From an uncultured Candidatus Saccharibacteria bacterium (lineage in GTDB: Bacteria > Patescibacteriota > Minisyncoccia > Phycocordibacterales > UBA9973): a stretch of 64,000 nucleotides of DNA. The notes under the pieces are model-generated. The model saw only the letters and a program-made list of their open reading frames with translations. It was not told the DNA's origin and made no database searches. Of the stretch, positions 10,221-18,310 are shown piece by piece. Numbering within the stretch: the first letter of the stretch is position 1; every line of letters begins with the position of its first letter. The DNA lies in assembly GCA_964573395.1 (NCBI GenBank), contig CAZNJI010000004.1, forward strand, positions 27,379 through 91,378, written 5' to 3'. The translations under genes and the position numbers were made by a program.

Positions 10221-10625
10221 ATGGAATCTTCGCATCAGTCTTCGAAAAAGCAGTTCTCTGTTACTGCTCGGGCAAACAGCTTAAAGCATGCCCTGCGGGG
10301 AATCAGGCTCTTTTTCAAAACCCAGCACAATGCCTGGATCCAGCTTGCGATTGCCATTGTTGCGCTTTTTGCCGGCTTTTTCTTTTCTATTACCAAAGCG
10401 GAATGGATTGCGGTCATTTTTGCCATTATCATCGTTTTCATAGCCGAAGCTTTCAATACTGCCATCGAAATAGACATTAATTTAACGAGCCCTGAGTATC
10501 ACCCCTATGCCAAAGATACTAAGGATGTGGCAGCCGGAGCGGTACTCCTTGCCGTAGCAGGGGCTGGAATCATCGGAATTGTCGTCTTTTTGCCCTATAT
10601 AAAAGATTTTTTGTTGCCCAAGTAG
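10221..10625 (+). CDS. dgkA: Diacylglycerol/undecaprenol kinase family membrane protein
   Basis: LKHALRGI...IQLAIAIVALFAGF...AEWIAVIFAIIIVFIAEAFNTAIE...AKDTKDVAAGAVLLA are DgkA hallmarks, and there are three TM helices. Confidence 0.75.
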   Translation: MESSHQSSKKQFSVTARANSLKHALRGIRLFFKTQHNAWIQLAIAIVALFAGFFFSITKAEWIAVIFAIIIVFIAEAFNTAIEIDINLTSPEYHPYAKDTKDVAAGAVLLAVAGAGIIGIVVFLPYIKDFLLPK

Positions 10626-10645
10626 TAGAGCTTATTTTCCTTATC

Positions 10646-10915
10646 ATGTTCTACATTTACAGCCTTCAAAGTAAAAATCATCCTCGCCAGTTTTATTTTG
10701 GTTTTACTCGAGATTTGAAGAAAAGGGTTGTAGAACATAATAAGGGTTTAAATATTTCAACGAAACGATACAAACCATGGGAGCTTATTTATTACGAAGC
10801 TTGCCTGTCTGAAATAGACGCAAAACGTAGGGAAAAATATTTAAAAACAACTGTGGGACGCCGAATGTTTAAAAAACGCATACGAGATTACCTGTTAATT
10901 ACCACTAAGAATTGA
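10646..10915 (+). CDS. Stand-alone GIY-YIG nuclease-domain protein (89 aa)
   Basis: YIYSLQS...YFGFTRDLKKRVVEHNKG...PWELIYYE...REKYLK is a GIY-YIG/URI-domain signature. It is paralogous to the gene at 32018-32281. Confidence 0.75.
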   Translation: MFYIYSLQSKNHPRQFYFGFTRDLKKRVVEHNKGLNISTKRYKPWELIYYEACLSEIDAKRREKYLKTTVGRRMFKKRIRDYLLITTKN

Positions 10916-10919
10916 GCTC

Positions 10920-11045
10920 ACTACTGGGCTAACCCGGTAGTAGAAACTGGCAGGCTTAGGATAGATAAAATACCTAAAAAGCCTTGCCAGTTCTTACTAT
11001 CCGGGTTGACTTCTTTGGCTAATTTGCTACTATAGCCGGTACGGC
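10920..11045 (+). repeat. Structured intergenic leader with repeated CCCGGTAGTAG / CTACTA(N)CCGG motifs and small hairpins
   Basis: Hairpin CTACTGGG-CTAA-CCCGGTAG at 10922-10941; imperfect inverted repeat AACTGGCAGGCTT/AAGCCTTGCCAGTT; direct copies of CTACTATCCGGG at 10995 and CTACTATAGCCGG at 11027. Confidence 0.5.
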
Positions 11046-11069
11046 CTAGAAGGGCTTGTTTTATTTGCA

Positions 11070-11420
11070 ATGACACGATCACTTTCAAAGGGTCCTTACG
11101 TTGACCCGAAACTCCTCAAAAAGATAGAAGGAAAGAACCCGCTTCAGAGCGGGGTGATTAAGACATGGTCGCGCGATTCTCAAATCGCGCCTGAAATGGT
11201 TGGGTTTACCTTCGGCGTGCACAACGGCCGCCAGCACATTGAAGTGCTCGTGAGCGAAGACATGGTCGGCCACCGATTGGGTGAATTTTCTCCAACCCGC
11301 AAATTTACCCGCCACGGCGGTAAGATGCAGAAGGAGCTCGATCAGAAGAAGAAAGAAGCAGAAATCGCTGCAGCAAAGACCGCTAAGGCTGCAACTACCG
11401 ATGCTGCCGCAAAGAAATAA
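11070..11420 (+). CDS. rpsS: 30S ribosomal protein S19 with a Lys/Ala-rich C-terminal tail
   Basis: [11 protein letters not shown]...[11 protein letters not shown]...[13 protein letters not shown] motifs. Confidence 0.95.
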   Translation: MTRSLSKGPYVDPKLLKKIEGKNPLQSGVIKTWSRDSQIAPEMVGFTFGVHNGRQHIEVLVSEDMVGHRLGEFSPTRKFTRHGGKMQKELDQKKKEAEIAAAKTAKAATTDAAAKK

Positions 11421-11447
11421 TAAAACAACCCCTACGCTACTAATTTT

Positions 11448-11861
11448 ATGAAAGCATCACTCAAAAATTATCGACAGTCTCCGCGAAAGGTTCGCCTGGT
11501 TGCAGGAGCGGTAAAAGGAAAGAGCGTTACCCACGCTGATGCGGTGCTCTCATACATGCCAAAGCGTGGCGCGCTTCCGATGCAGAAACTGATTCAGTCA
11601 GCGGTTGCCAACGCCGAGCTGCAGGGCGCAAAGCGGGAAGATTTAATCGTAAAAAATATTGAAGTGAACAAAGGGCTGGTGATGAAGCGATTCATGCCAC
11701 GAGCATTCGGTCGAGGAGCGCCCATCATGAAGCGCACTAGCCACGTTGCGGTTGAGCTTGCTGAAAAGCCAGTAAAGAAGGCTAAAAAAGCTCAGAGTGA
11801 GACTAAATCAGCGCGAAACGCTGATCGTCCGGCCATCAAAGATGGTTTAGGAAATAAGTAA
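11448..11861 (+). CDS. rplV: 50S ribosomal protein L22
   Basis: SPRKVRLVAGAVKGKSV...A L22 motifs. Confidence 0.93.
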   Translation: MKASLKNYRQSPRKVRLVAGAVKGKSVTHADAVLSYMPKRGALPMQKLIQSAVANAELQGAKREDLIVKNIEVNKGLVMKRFMPRAFGRGAPIMKRTSHVAVELAEKPVKKAKKAQSETKSARNADRPAIKDGLGNK

Positions 11862-11862
11862 T

Positions 11863-12534
11863 ATGTCTAAAGTAGTACATCCATACGCACATCGTCTTGT
11901 CATCCTTCGCGACTGGAAAAGCCGCTGGTTTGCGACGAATAAAAATTACGTTGCGCAGCTGAAAGCTGACGTAACCATGCGTGAATTTTTGGAAGAACGC
12001 CTTCGCGGATTTTACGTTTCTTCAATAGAAATCGAGCGCGGCCAGAAATCGGTTCGGCTTATTATCCGTACCTCGCGCCCTGGCATGATTATCGGCCGCA
12101 GCGGCGAAGGAGCAACGAAGCTCCGTGCCGATCTCTTTAAGATGCTCGGCCGAAAGAAAATCGTGCTCGACGGCGAACTGAAGATCGAAATCGTGGAAGT
12201 GCCGCAGCCTGAAGCTGATGCAAAAATCGTCTCCTACATGATTGCCGAAGGGCTCGAGAAGCGCATGCCGTTTCGCCGAGTATTAAAACAGCTCATCGAA
12301 AAGGTGATGCAGATTCGCGGCGTGGAAGGAGCCCGCTTCGTCATCGGCGGCCGGCTCGGCGGCGCTGAAATCGCTCGAACCGAACAGATTAAGCGCGGCT
12401 CCATTCCGCTCCAAACCTTCCGTGCAGACGTCGATTTCGCTCGAGAGCGAGCGCACCTTCCGTACGGCGATATCGGCATTAAGGTGTGGATCTACAAGGG
12501 CGAGGTCTTCAATAAGGAAGAAAAGAAAAAATAA
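11863..12534 (+). CDS. rpsC: 30S ribosomal protein S3
   Basis: KH and S3-C domains (GRSGEGATKLRADL..., RAHLPYGDIGIKVWIY). Confidence 0.95.
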   Translation: MSKVVHPYAHRLVILRDWKSRWFATNKNYVAQLKADVTMREFLEERLRGFYVSSIEIERGQKSVRLIIRTSRPGMIIGRSGEGATKLRADLFKMLGRKKIVLDGELKIEIVEVPQPEADAKIVSYMIAEGLEKRMPFRRVLKQLIEKVMQIRGVEGARFVIGGRLGGAEIARTEQIKRGSIPLQTFRADVDFARERAHLPYGDIGIKVWIYKGEVFNKEEKKK

Positions 12535-12540
12535 AAAGCC

Positions 12541-12957
12541 ATGTTATTCCCGAAGAAAGTAAAATTTAGAAAGTGGCAGAAATTCCGACAGAATCCTGCA
12601 AAAGTAAAAGTCGAAACGCGCGGCACGACGCTCTCTTTCGGCTCATACGGGCTGAAAGCTGAAACTGATGCCCGCATTACCTCAAACCAGCTTGAAGCGG
12701 CTCGAAAGGCAATGTCTCGAAAACTCACGAAGGTCGGCCGCGTTTGGACCCGAGTATTTCCCGACATGCCGTTCACGACGAAAGCGGCAGAAGTGCCGAT
12801 GGGAGGCGGAAAAGGCGATCTGCAGGGATACTGCACTCAAGTTTATCCAGGGCGCATCATTTTTGAAGTTGATGGCGTTAATGAAGAGACCGCTCGAGAA
12901 GCGCTCCGAAAGGCCGGAACAAAATTGCCAATAAAAACTAGAATCATTGTCCGCTAA
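12541..12957 (+). CDS. rplP: 50S ribosomal protein L16
   Basis: MLFPKKVKFRKWQK... typical L16 start. Confidence 0.95.
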   Translation: MLFPKKVKFRKWQKFRQNPAKVKVETRGTTLSFGSYGLKAETDARITSNQLEAARKAMSRKLTKVGRVWTRVFPDMPFTTKAAEVPMGGGKGDLQGYCTQVYPGRIIFEVDGVNEETAREALRKAGTKLPIKTRIIVR

Positions 12958-12974
12958 ACGCGAAGTTTTTTACC

Positions 12975-13172
12975 ATGAAGCGAGTTGATACCAAAGGAAA
13001 AGACAAGGCAACCATTGAGAAGGAAGTGCTGGCATTGCGCACGAAACTTCGAGATTTGGCATTCAAAGCGGCCGGTGCCCGAGCTGACAACGTGAAAGAA
13101 CGCCGCCAGGCGAAAAAAGACATCGCACGGCTCTTAACTGCGCTTCGCGCATTGAGCGCTACGGCTGAGTAG
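12975..13172 (+). CDS. rpmC: 50S ribosomal protein L29
   Basis: 65 aa, LRTKLRDLAFK helix, operon position. Confidence 0.85.
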   Translation: MKRVDTKGKDKATIEKEVLALRTKLRDLAFKAAGARADNVKERRQAKKDIARLLTALRALSATAE

Positions 13173-13216
13173 ACAAGCCCCAGAAAATAAGTATTATTGG
13201 AACTTCACCTATACTC

Positions 13217-13459
13217 ATGACGAAATCAACAAGCCACAAAAGAACATTGAAAGGGACGGTAGTCTCAGACAAGATGGAAAAAACCATCGTGGTTTCCGTA
13301 ACGCGCTTCGTCAAGCATCCAAAGTATAAAAAGTACATGAAGATTACGAAGAAGTACAAAGCGCACGATGAGGGAAATGCGGCTCAGGTTGGCGAAATTG
13401 TTACCATTCGCGAGACGAAACCGCTCTCGAAAGATAAACATTTTGAACTCGTAAAATAG
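13217..13459 (+). CDS. rpsQ: 30S ribosomal protein S17
   Basis: LKGTVVSDKMEKTIVV...VGEIVTIRETKPLSK motifs. Confidence 0.93.
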   Translation: MTKSTSHKRTLKGTVVSDKMEKTIVVSVTRFVKHPKYKKYMKITKKYKAHDEGNAAQVGEIVTIRETKPLSKDKHFELVK

Positions 13460-13463
13460 GCTT

Positions 13464-13835
13464 ATGTTGCAGGACGGATCAATCGTAAAAATTACAGATA
13501 ACGCCGGAGGAAGGATTGGAAAAATCTTTAAGATCCTCGGCGGCTCAAAGAAGCGATACGCAAGCATCGGCGATGTCGTGGTGCTTTCAATCAAAACGGC
13601 AGAACCGCGCAAGCTCGTGAAGAAAAAAGACGTGTGCTATGCGGTGGTCGTTCGCCAGAAGAATGCATTCCGCCGCAAAGATGGCTCATACATTCGATTC
13701 GATGATAATGCGGTCGTGATCCTTGAGAAAGGAAAGCAGGAACCGCGCGCCGGACGCGTGTTCGGTCCGATCCCTCGAGAGCTTGCCGAGCTTGGTTACC
13801 AGAAAATTATTTCGCTCGCACCTGAAGTCTTATAA
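13464..13835 (+). CDS. rplN: 50S ribosomal protein L14
   Basis: MLQDGSIVKITDNAGGR..., 123 aa. Confidence 0.95.
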   Translation: MLQDGSIVKITDNAGGRIGKIFKILGGSKKRYASIGDVVVLSIKTAEPRKLVKKKDVCYAVVVRQKNAFRRKDGSYIRFDDNAVVILEKGKQEPRAGRVFGPIPRELAELGYQKIISLAPEVL

Positions 13836-13866
13836 ATCAAGGAGCAAGGCGACTATGATTTATTGA

Positions 13867-13967
13867 CCCCGCCCTAATTTATTGATTAGAGAACGATGGT
13901 GTGATAAGGTAGGCGAGGCAAAAATTTTTATGCAAGCAGTTAATGTAATGAATAAATTAGGGCGGGG
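13867..13967. repeat. Perfect 17-bp inverted repeat (CCCCGCCCTAATTTATT ... AATAAATTAGGGCGGGG) with a 67-bp loop between rplN and rplX
   Basis: Arms at 13867-13883 and 13951-13967 are exact reverse complements. Confidence 0.85.
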
Positions 13968-14013
13968 TAGCGATTTTTATACTCGCGTTACTCGTTAAAA
14001 ATCAGCCATACGT

Positions 14014-14316
14014 ATGAAACTTAGAAAAGGAGACAACATCATCGTGATAGCCGGCAAAGACAAAGGCACTAAGGCAAGCATTAAAAAAGTGCTTCCTTCA
14101 GGACGCTTGGTGGTTGACGGCGTTGCAAAAATAAAGCGGCACCAGAAATCTCGCCGCCGGAATGAATCAGGGCAGATTATCGAGCGGGAATCGTCAATCC
14201 ACAGCTCGAACGTGTTGCTCGTTGATGCAAAATCAGGAAAGGGAACCCGCGTCGGCAAGAAGCTGGTGGGAGAAAAATGGGTTCGCGTTGCCAAAAAGAG
14301 CGGCGAACAGGTATAG
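14014..14316 (+). CDS. rplX: 50S ribosomal protein L24
   Basis: MKLRKGDNIIVIAGKDKG is a KOW motif. Confidence 0.93.
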   Translation: MKLRKGDNIIVIAGKDKGTKASIKKVLPSGRLVVDGVAKIKRHQKSRRRNESGQIIERESSIHSSNVLLVDAKSGKGTRVGKKLVGEKWVRVAKKSGEQV

Positions 14317-14328
14317 TGAGTTACTATC

Positions 14329-14865
14329 ATGCAATTAACGAAGGAAAAAGAACAATCATCATTTCAGGCGCTCGCTGAGTTTGGATACAAAAACAAGCTT
14401 GCTTCTCCGCGCCTCACTAAAATCGTCGTATCCGTTGGTACCGGTTCAGCGATGAAAAAGGCAAATGACAAAAACGAAAAGATAGCTGAGCGCCTGGCGA
14501 AAATTACCGGCCAGAAGCCGGCATTGCGCGCCGCAAAGAAATCAGTGGCAAGCTTCAAAATTCGCCAAGGAGACCCGGTCGGGCTCATGGTAACGCTCCG
14601 CGGCGCTCGGATGTACCACTTCCTCGACAAGCTCATTCATATTGCGTTTCCGCGCACCAAAGACTTCCGCGGGCTTGATGCAAAGGCGGTTGATTCAATG
14701 GGGAACCTCACTATCGGCATCAAGGAACATACTATTTTTCCGGAGACGGCCGATGAAGACCTCCGCGACGTGTTCAGCCTTGCCATTACGCTCGTCTCTA
14801 CCGCAAAGAGCAAAGAAGCAGCGACTGCATTTTTCGCTCACCTTGGCATTCCTTTCAAGAAATAA
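14329..14865 (+). CDS. rplE: 50S ribosomal protein L5
   Basis: L5 motifs (RLTKIVVSVGTG, NLTIGIKEHTIFPE). Confidence 0.93.
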   Translation: MQLTKEKEQSSFQALAEFGYKNKLASPRLTKIVVSVGTGSAMKKANDKNEKIAERLAKITGQKPALRAAKKSVASFKIRQGDPVGLMVTLRGARMYHFLDKLIHIAFPRTKDFRGLDAKAVDSMGNLTIGIKEHTIFPETADEDLRDVFSLAITLVSTAKSKEAATAFFAHLGIPFKK

Positions 14866-14880
14866 CTGCTTTTCTTGACA

Positions 14881-14914
14881 TCAGCCACCGTCTTCATCTG
14901 AAGACGGTGGCTGA
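14881..14914 (+). other. Perfect 15-bp stem-loop (TCAGCCACCGTCTTC-ATCT-GAAGACGGTGGCTGA) with no U-tract
   Basis: Seen directly. Preceded by TTGACA at 14875-14880. Confidence 0.7.
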
Positions 14915-14958
14915 TTGACTTTTCAGGGGGAGAACATACGATGTTTTAAAAGTAACAT

Positions 14959-15594
14959 ATGAATATAGATGCCCTAACGGTTGTTTGCCTACTGTTTTTT
15001 CTGATCATACTCTGGCAAGGCATGCGCATACGGCGACAGGGAAGCCTGCTTCGATCCTTCTACAAGAGCAGTATGCATCATTCGCTTAAATGCGAAAAGG
15101 AAACGCTGACCTATCGAAAAGTTATCGATTTGTGGAGCAATTCTCCCGAGTTCCTTGCAAGCCGGCGCACGCTTCTTGGCGTGCTCAGGTCCCTCTTTCG
15201 ATACATCACTTTTGCCCTTTTTGGAAAAAAGCTAGGATCGAAAGAGAAATGGGCATTCGATACAAAGGCGGAGTTCATGAGCCTGGCGACCTTGCCGCTT
15301 ATCTTGCGCATAAATGCGATTCAGTCTTACCATCTACTCCAGCTCTTTTTCAGCGGCTATGAAAAATCTTCTCCCAAGGTAATCCATGCTATCCATTTGC
15401 GGGTGGTGCATGCTACGGCAGGGCACGTTGCTGTCCTTCTGGTAAAGGAATTAGAGGCGCAAGAAAAGCGCATGCGAGAAAAACCCGAGGGTAGATTTGT
15501 CGAACAGTTCATCAGGATGGTTCAGTATACTCCTGCATTTAAGCCTTATTTGGAGCATCCAGTAGTGATCCAAGCATTGCAACCGTTTTCGTAA
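14959..15594 (+). CDS. Hypothetical protein (211 aa) inserted between rplE and rpsN
   Basis: Clean ORF with an N-terminal hydrophobic segment and its own terminator; no motif recognised. Confidence 0.45.
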   Translation: MNIDALTVVCLLFFLIILWQGMRIRRQGSLLRSFYKSSMHHSLKCEKETLTYRKVIDLWSNSPEFLASRRTLLGVLRSLFRYITFALFGKKLGSKEKWAFDTKAEFMSLATLPLILRINAIQSYHLLQLFFSGYEKSSPKVIHAIHLRVVHATAGHVAVLLVKELEAQEKRMREKPEGRFVEQFIRMVQYTPAFKPYLEHPVVIQALQPFS

Positions 15595-15595
15595 A

Positions 15596-15632
15596 GACTC
15601 CCTGAAAACTCAGAAGGGAGTCTTTTTCTTTC
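15596..15632 (+). terminator. Rho-independent terminator (GACTCCCTGA-AAACTC-AGAAGGGAGTC + TTTTTCTTTC)
   Basis: Hairpin plus T-run. Confidence 0.65.
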
Positions 15633-15787
15633 TTGACCAAAAGGGTCTATTCTGGTAGGATTGCCTGACTCCTCTTTCGAATCCGTTTTCCTCTCTTTGA
15701 TCCCGCCTTGGTCCCACCATACAAGGAATTAAAGAAAGTTACACGCGATATTCTTAGGGGAAAAGAGGTTTTATTATTTTTTTTATT

Positions 15788-15973
15788 ATGGCTAAAACAT
15801 CAACAGTTGTCCGATCTCAAAAGAAACCGAAGTACAGCACTCGGGCGGTAAACCGCTGTTTCCGCTGCACTCGCCGCCATGGCTACATGCGCGACTTCGG
15901 CCTCTGCCGCATTTGTTTCAGAGAGCTCGCAAACGAGGGACAAATTCCAGGTGTTCGCAAGTCTTCTTGGTAA
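15788..15973 (+). CDS. rpsN: 30S ribosomal protein S14, zinc-binding type Z
   Basis: 61 aa with [23 protein letters not shown] (CxxC...CxxC). Confidence 0.92.
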   Translation: MAKTSTVVRSQKKPKYSTRAVNRCFRCTRRHGYMRDFGLCRICFRELANEGQIPGVRKSSW

Positions 15974-15974
15974 T

Positions 15975-16364
15975 ATGGACGGAATCGCAAACATGCTCAT
16001 CAGCATAAAGAACGGCAGCCTCGTCTCAAAAGAGACAGTCGTGGTTCCGTTTTCAAACATGAAGCTTGCAATCGCTGAATGCTTGAAAATAAACGGCTTT
16101 GTCGGCAGTGTGTCGAAGAAAACCGAGAAGAACAACGTTCCGGTGCTTGCAATCGAGCTGCTCTACGGAGATGCCGGTTCGAAGATCCACGACGTAAAGC
16201 GGATCTCAAAGCCGTCTCGCCGGATGTATTCTGGCGTAAAGGATCTTCGCCCGTTTAAAAACGGACACGGCATGTACGTGCTCTCAACGCCGAAGGGAAT
16301 TTTGAGCGACAAGCAGGCGAAGAAAGAACAGGTCGGCGGAGAGTTACTTTTTTCAATTTGGTAA
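15975..16364 (+). CDS. rpsH: 30S ribosomal protein S8
   Basis: MDGIANMLISIKNG is the S8 N-terminus. ATG at 15975 is in frame with ORF 15879..16364 and avoids overlap with rpsN. Confidence 0.9.
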   Translation: MDGIANMLISIKNGSLVSKETVVVPFSNMKLAIAECLKINGFVGSVSKKTEKNNVPVLAIELLYGDAGSKIHDVKRISKPSRRMYSGVKDLRPFKNGHGMYVLSTPKGILSDKQAKKEQVGGELLFSIW

Positions 16365-16368
16365 ACAT

Positions 16369-16902
16369 ATGAGTCGTATCGGCAAACAACAACTTACAGT
16401 TCCCGCAAACACTAGCTGTTCATTCGAAAACGGCGTCTTTACCGTCAAAGGCCCGCTCGGAACGCTTGCAAAAACGTTCAAGCCGGCAGTAGAGATTACG
16501 ATTGCAGATAACATAGTAACGTTTCGCCCAACTGCCGAAGATCCGTTTACCCGCGCACTCTGGGGAACATATGCTTCTCACGTGAAGAACATGATTGCGG
16601 GAGTAAATACCCAATACGTGAAGCGTCTGATTCTCGAGGGGGTCGGATTTAAGAGCGAAGTGAAAGGAAAGGAAATCCACTTTGCACTTGGGTTCTCGCA
16701 CCCGGTTGTAGTAGCAATTCCGGAAGGGCTTACCGTTACTGCTGAAAAAAACAACATCACTATTTCCGGAATTGATAAGGAGCTCGTCGGGCAGTTTGCG
16801 GCAAAAGTTCGCGCCATGAAGAAGCCTGAGCCGTATAAGGGAAAAGGATTCCGGTACGATACTGAAGTTATTCGCCGAAAAGCTGGCAAGAAAACAGCAT
16901 AA
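16369..16902 (+). CDS. rplF: 50S ribosomal protein L6
   Basis: MSRIGKQQLTVPANT...; two L6 repeats. Confidence 0.93.
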   Translation: MSRIGKQQLTVPANTSCSFENGVFTVKGPLGTLAKTFKPAVEITIADNIVTFRPTAEDPFTRALWGTYASHVKNMIAGVNTQYVKRLILEGVGFKSEVKGKEIHFALGFSHPVVVAIPEGLTVTAEKNNITISGIDKELVGQFAAKVRAMKKPEPYKGKGFRYDTEVIRRKAGKKTA

Positions 16903-16910
16903 AAATAATT

Positions 16911-17258
16911 ATGTCTAAGCAAACCACACAAGAAAAGAAGGCAAGAATCAAGCGAAAGATCCGCAGCCGGATTTCGGGTACGGAAGCGCGCCCGCGGCTC
17001 TCCGTGTACCGATCAAACGCGTTCATTTACGCTCAGCTCGTCGACGATCAGAATGGAAAAACCATTGCTGCAGCTTCAGATCTTAAAATGAAGAAAATGA
17101 AAAAAGTTGATGCGGCAAAAGCGGTTGGAAAGGAAATTGCGGCGAAGGCATTGGCGAAAGGGATTACTGCGGTATCGTTCGATCGAAACGGATTCAAGTA
17201 TACTGGCCGGGTAAAGACGCTTGCCGATGAAGCGCGAGCTGCAGGGCTTATTTTTTAA
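16911..17258 (+). CDS. rplR: 50S ribosomal protein L18
   Basis: RPRLSVYRSNAFIYAQLVDD motif. Confidence 0.93.
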   Translation: MSKQTTQEKKARIKRKIRSRISGTEARPRLSVYRSNAFIYAQLVDDQNGKTIAAASDLKMKKMKKVDAAKAVGKEIAAKALAKGITAVSFDRNGFKYTGRVKTLADEARAAGLIF

Positions 17259-17264
17259 TTACGT

Positions 17265-17855
17265 ATGACTGAAGAAAAGAAAACAACATCATCAAAGAGA
17301 CCATCAAACCGTTCAGGCGGAAGAGATGAAGGCGGCCGCCGATCGTTTGCCGACCGGCCAAAGGAATTCGACCAGAAGATGCTCGAGGTTCGCCGCGTAA
17401 CTCGCGTGGTTGCCGGAGGACGCCGCATGAGCTTTGCTGTTTCAATGATTATTGGAGACAAAAAAGGAATGGTGGGTGTTGGAACCGGCAAGGGAAACGA
17501 CACCTCTCTGGCAATTGCAAAAGCGCTTAAGAATGCCCGAAAGAATGCGGTGAAGCTCAAACTTACCGAATCGGGCTCGATCCCGCACGAAATCGGCGCG
17601 AAGTACTGCAGCTCAACGGTAACAATCTTTCCGAATAAGGGCCGCGGGTTGGTATCAGGCGCAGCCGTTCGCGCCATCCTTGAAATTGCCGGAGTAAAAG
17701 ACGTTACGTCGAAAGTACTTTCGGGAAGCAAGAACAAGCTCAACACCGCTCGCGCCGCTATTGAAGCGCTCTCAATCATTGCAACCAAGTATCAGCCGCA
17801 GGCAAGCGCTCCAGCGCGGGCTCCTGAAGAAGCTGCCGCTCCTATTGAAAGTTAA
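17265..17855 (+). CDS. rpsE: 30S ribosomal protein S5 with a C-terminal extension
   Basis: RVTRVVAGGRRMSFAVSMIIGDKKG motif. Confidence 0.93.
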   Translation: MTEEKKTTSSKRPSNRSGGRDEGGRRSFADRPKEFDQKMLEVRRVTRVVAGGRRMSFAVSMIIGDKKGMVGVGTGKGNDTSLAIAKALKNARKNAVKLKLTESGSIPHEIGAKYCSSTVTIFPNKGRGLVSGAAVRAILEIAGVKDVTSKVLSGSKNKLNTARAAIEALSIIATKYQPQASAPARAPEEAAAPIES

Positions 17856-17866
17856 GAATTATTACC

Positions 17867-18304
17867 ATGCTACATACGCTGAAACGAACAACGAAAAATA
17901 AAAAGCCAAAGCTTGTCGGGCGAGGGGGAACGCGCGGTAAAACTTCTGGCCGCGGTACGAAAGGGCAGAAAGCGCGCGCTGGGCACAAGATTCGCCCGCA
18001 GCTTCGCGATACCATCAAAAAGCTGCCAAAGCTTCGCGGCCGAGGGAAGAACGTCAATAAGGCATTCCGCCAGCGGGCGGCAGTGGTAAACCTTGCCGCA
18101 ATCAATGCACACTTTGATGCCGGCACTATTATTCGGCCGCAAACGCTTTTTTCGGCTGGCCTAATTCGACGAACCAGCGGAGCGCTTCCGGAAGTGAAAA
18201 TACTTGCTGCCGGAGAGATTACCAAGGCGTTTTCATTCTATAACTGCACCATTTCAGCCGGAGCAAAAGAAAAAATTGAGAAAGCGGGGGGAACCGTCAA
18301 GTAA
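17867..18304 (+). CDS. rplO: 50S ribosomal protein L15; no rpmD (L30) lies between rpsE and rplO
   Basis: GRGGTRGKTSGRGTKGQKARAGHK motif. Confidence 0.92.
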   Translation: MLHTLKRTTKNKKPKLVGRGGTRGKTSGRGTKGQKARAGHKIRPQLRDTIKKLPKLRGRGKNVNKAFRQRAAVVNLAAINAHFDAGTIIRPQTLFSAGLIRRTSGALPEVKILAAGEITKAFSFYNCTISAGAKEKIEKAGGTVK

Positions 18305-18310
18305 AAAGTC

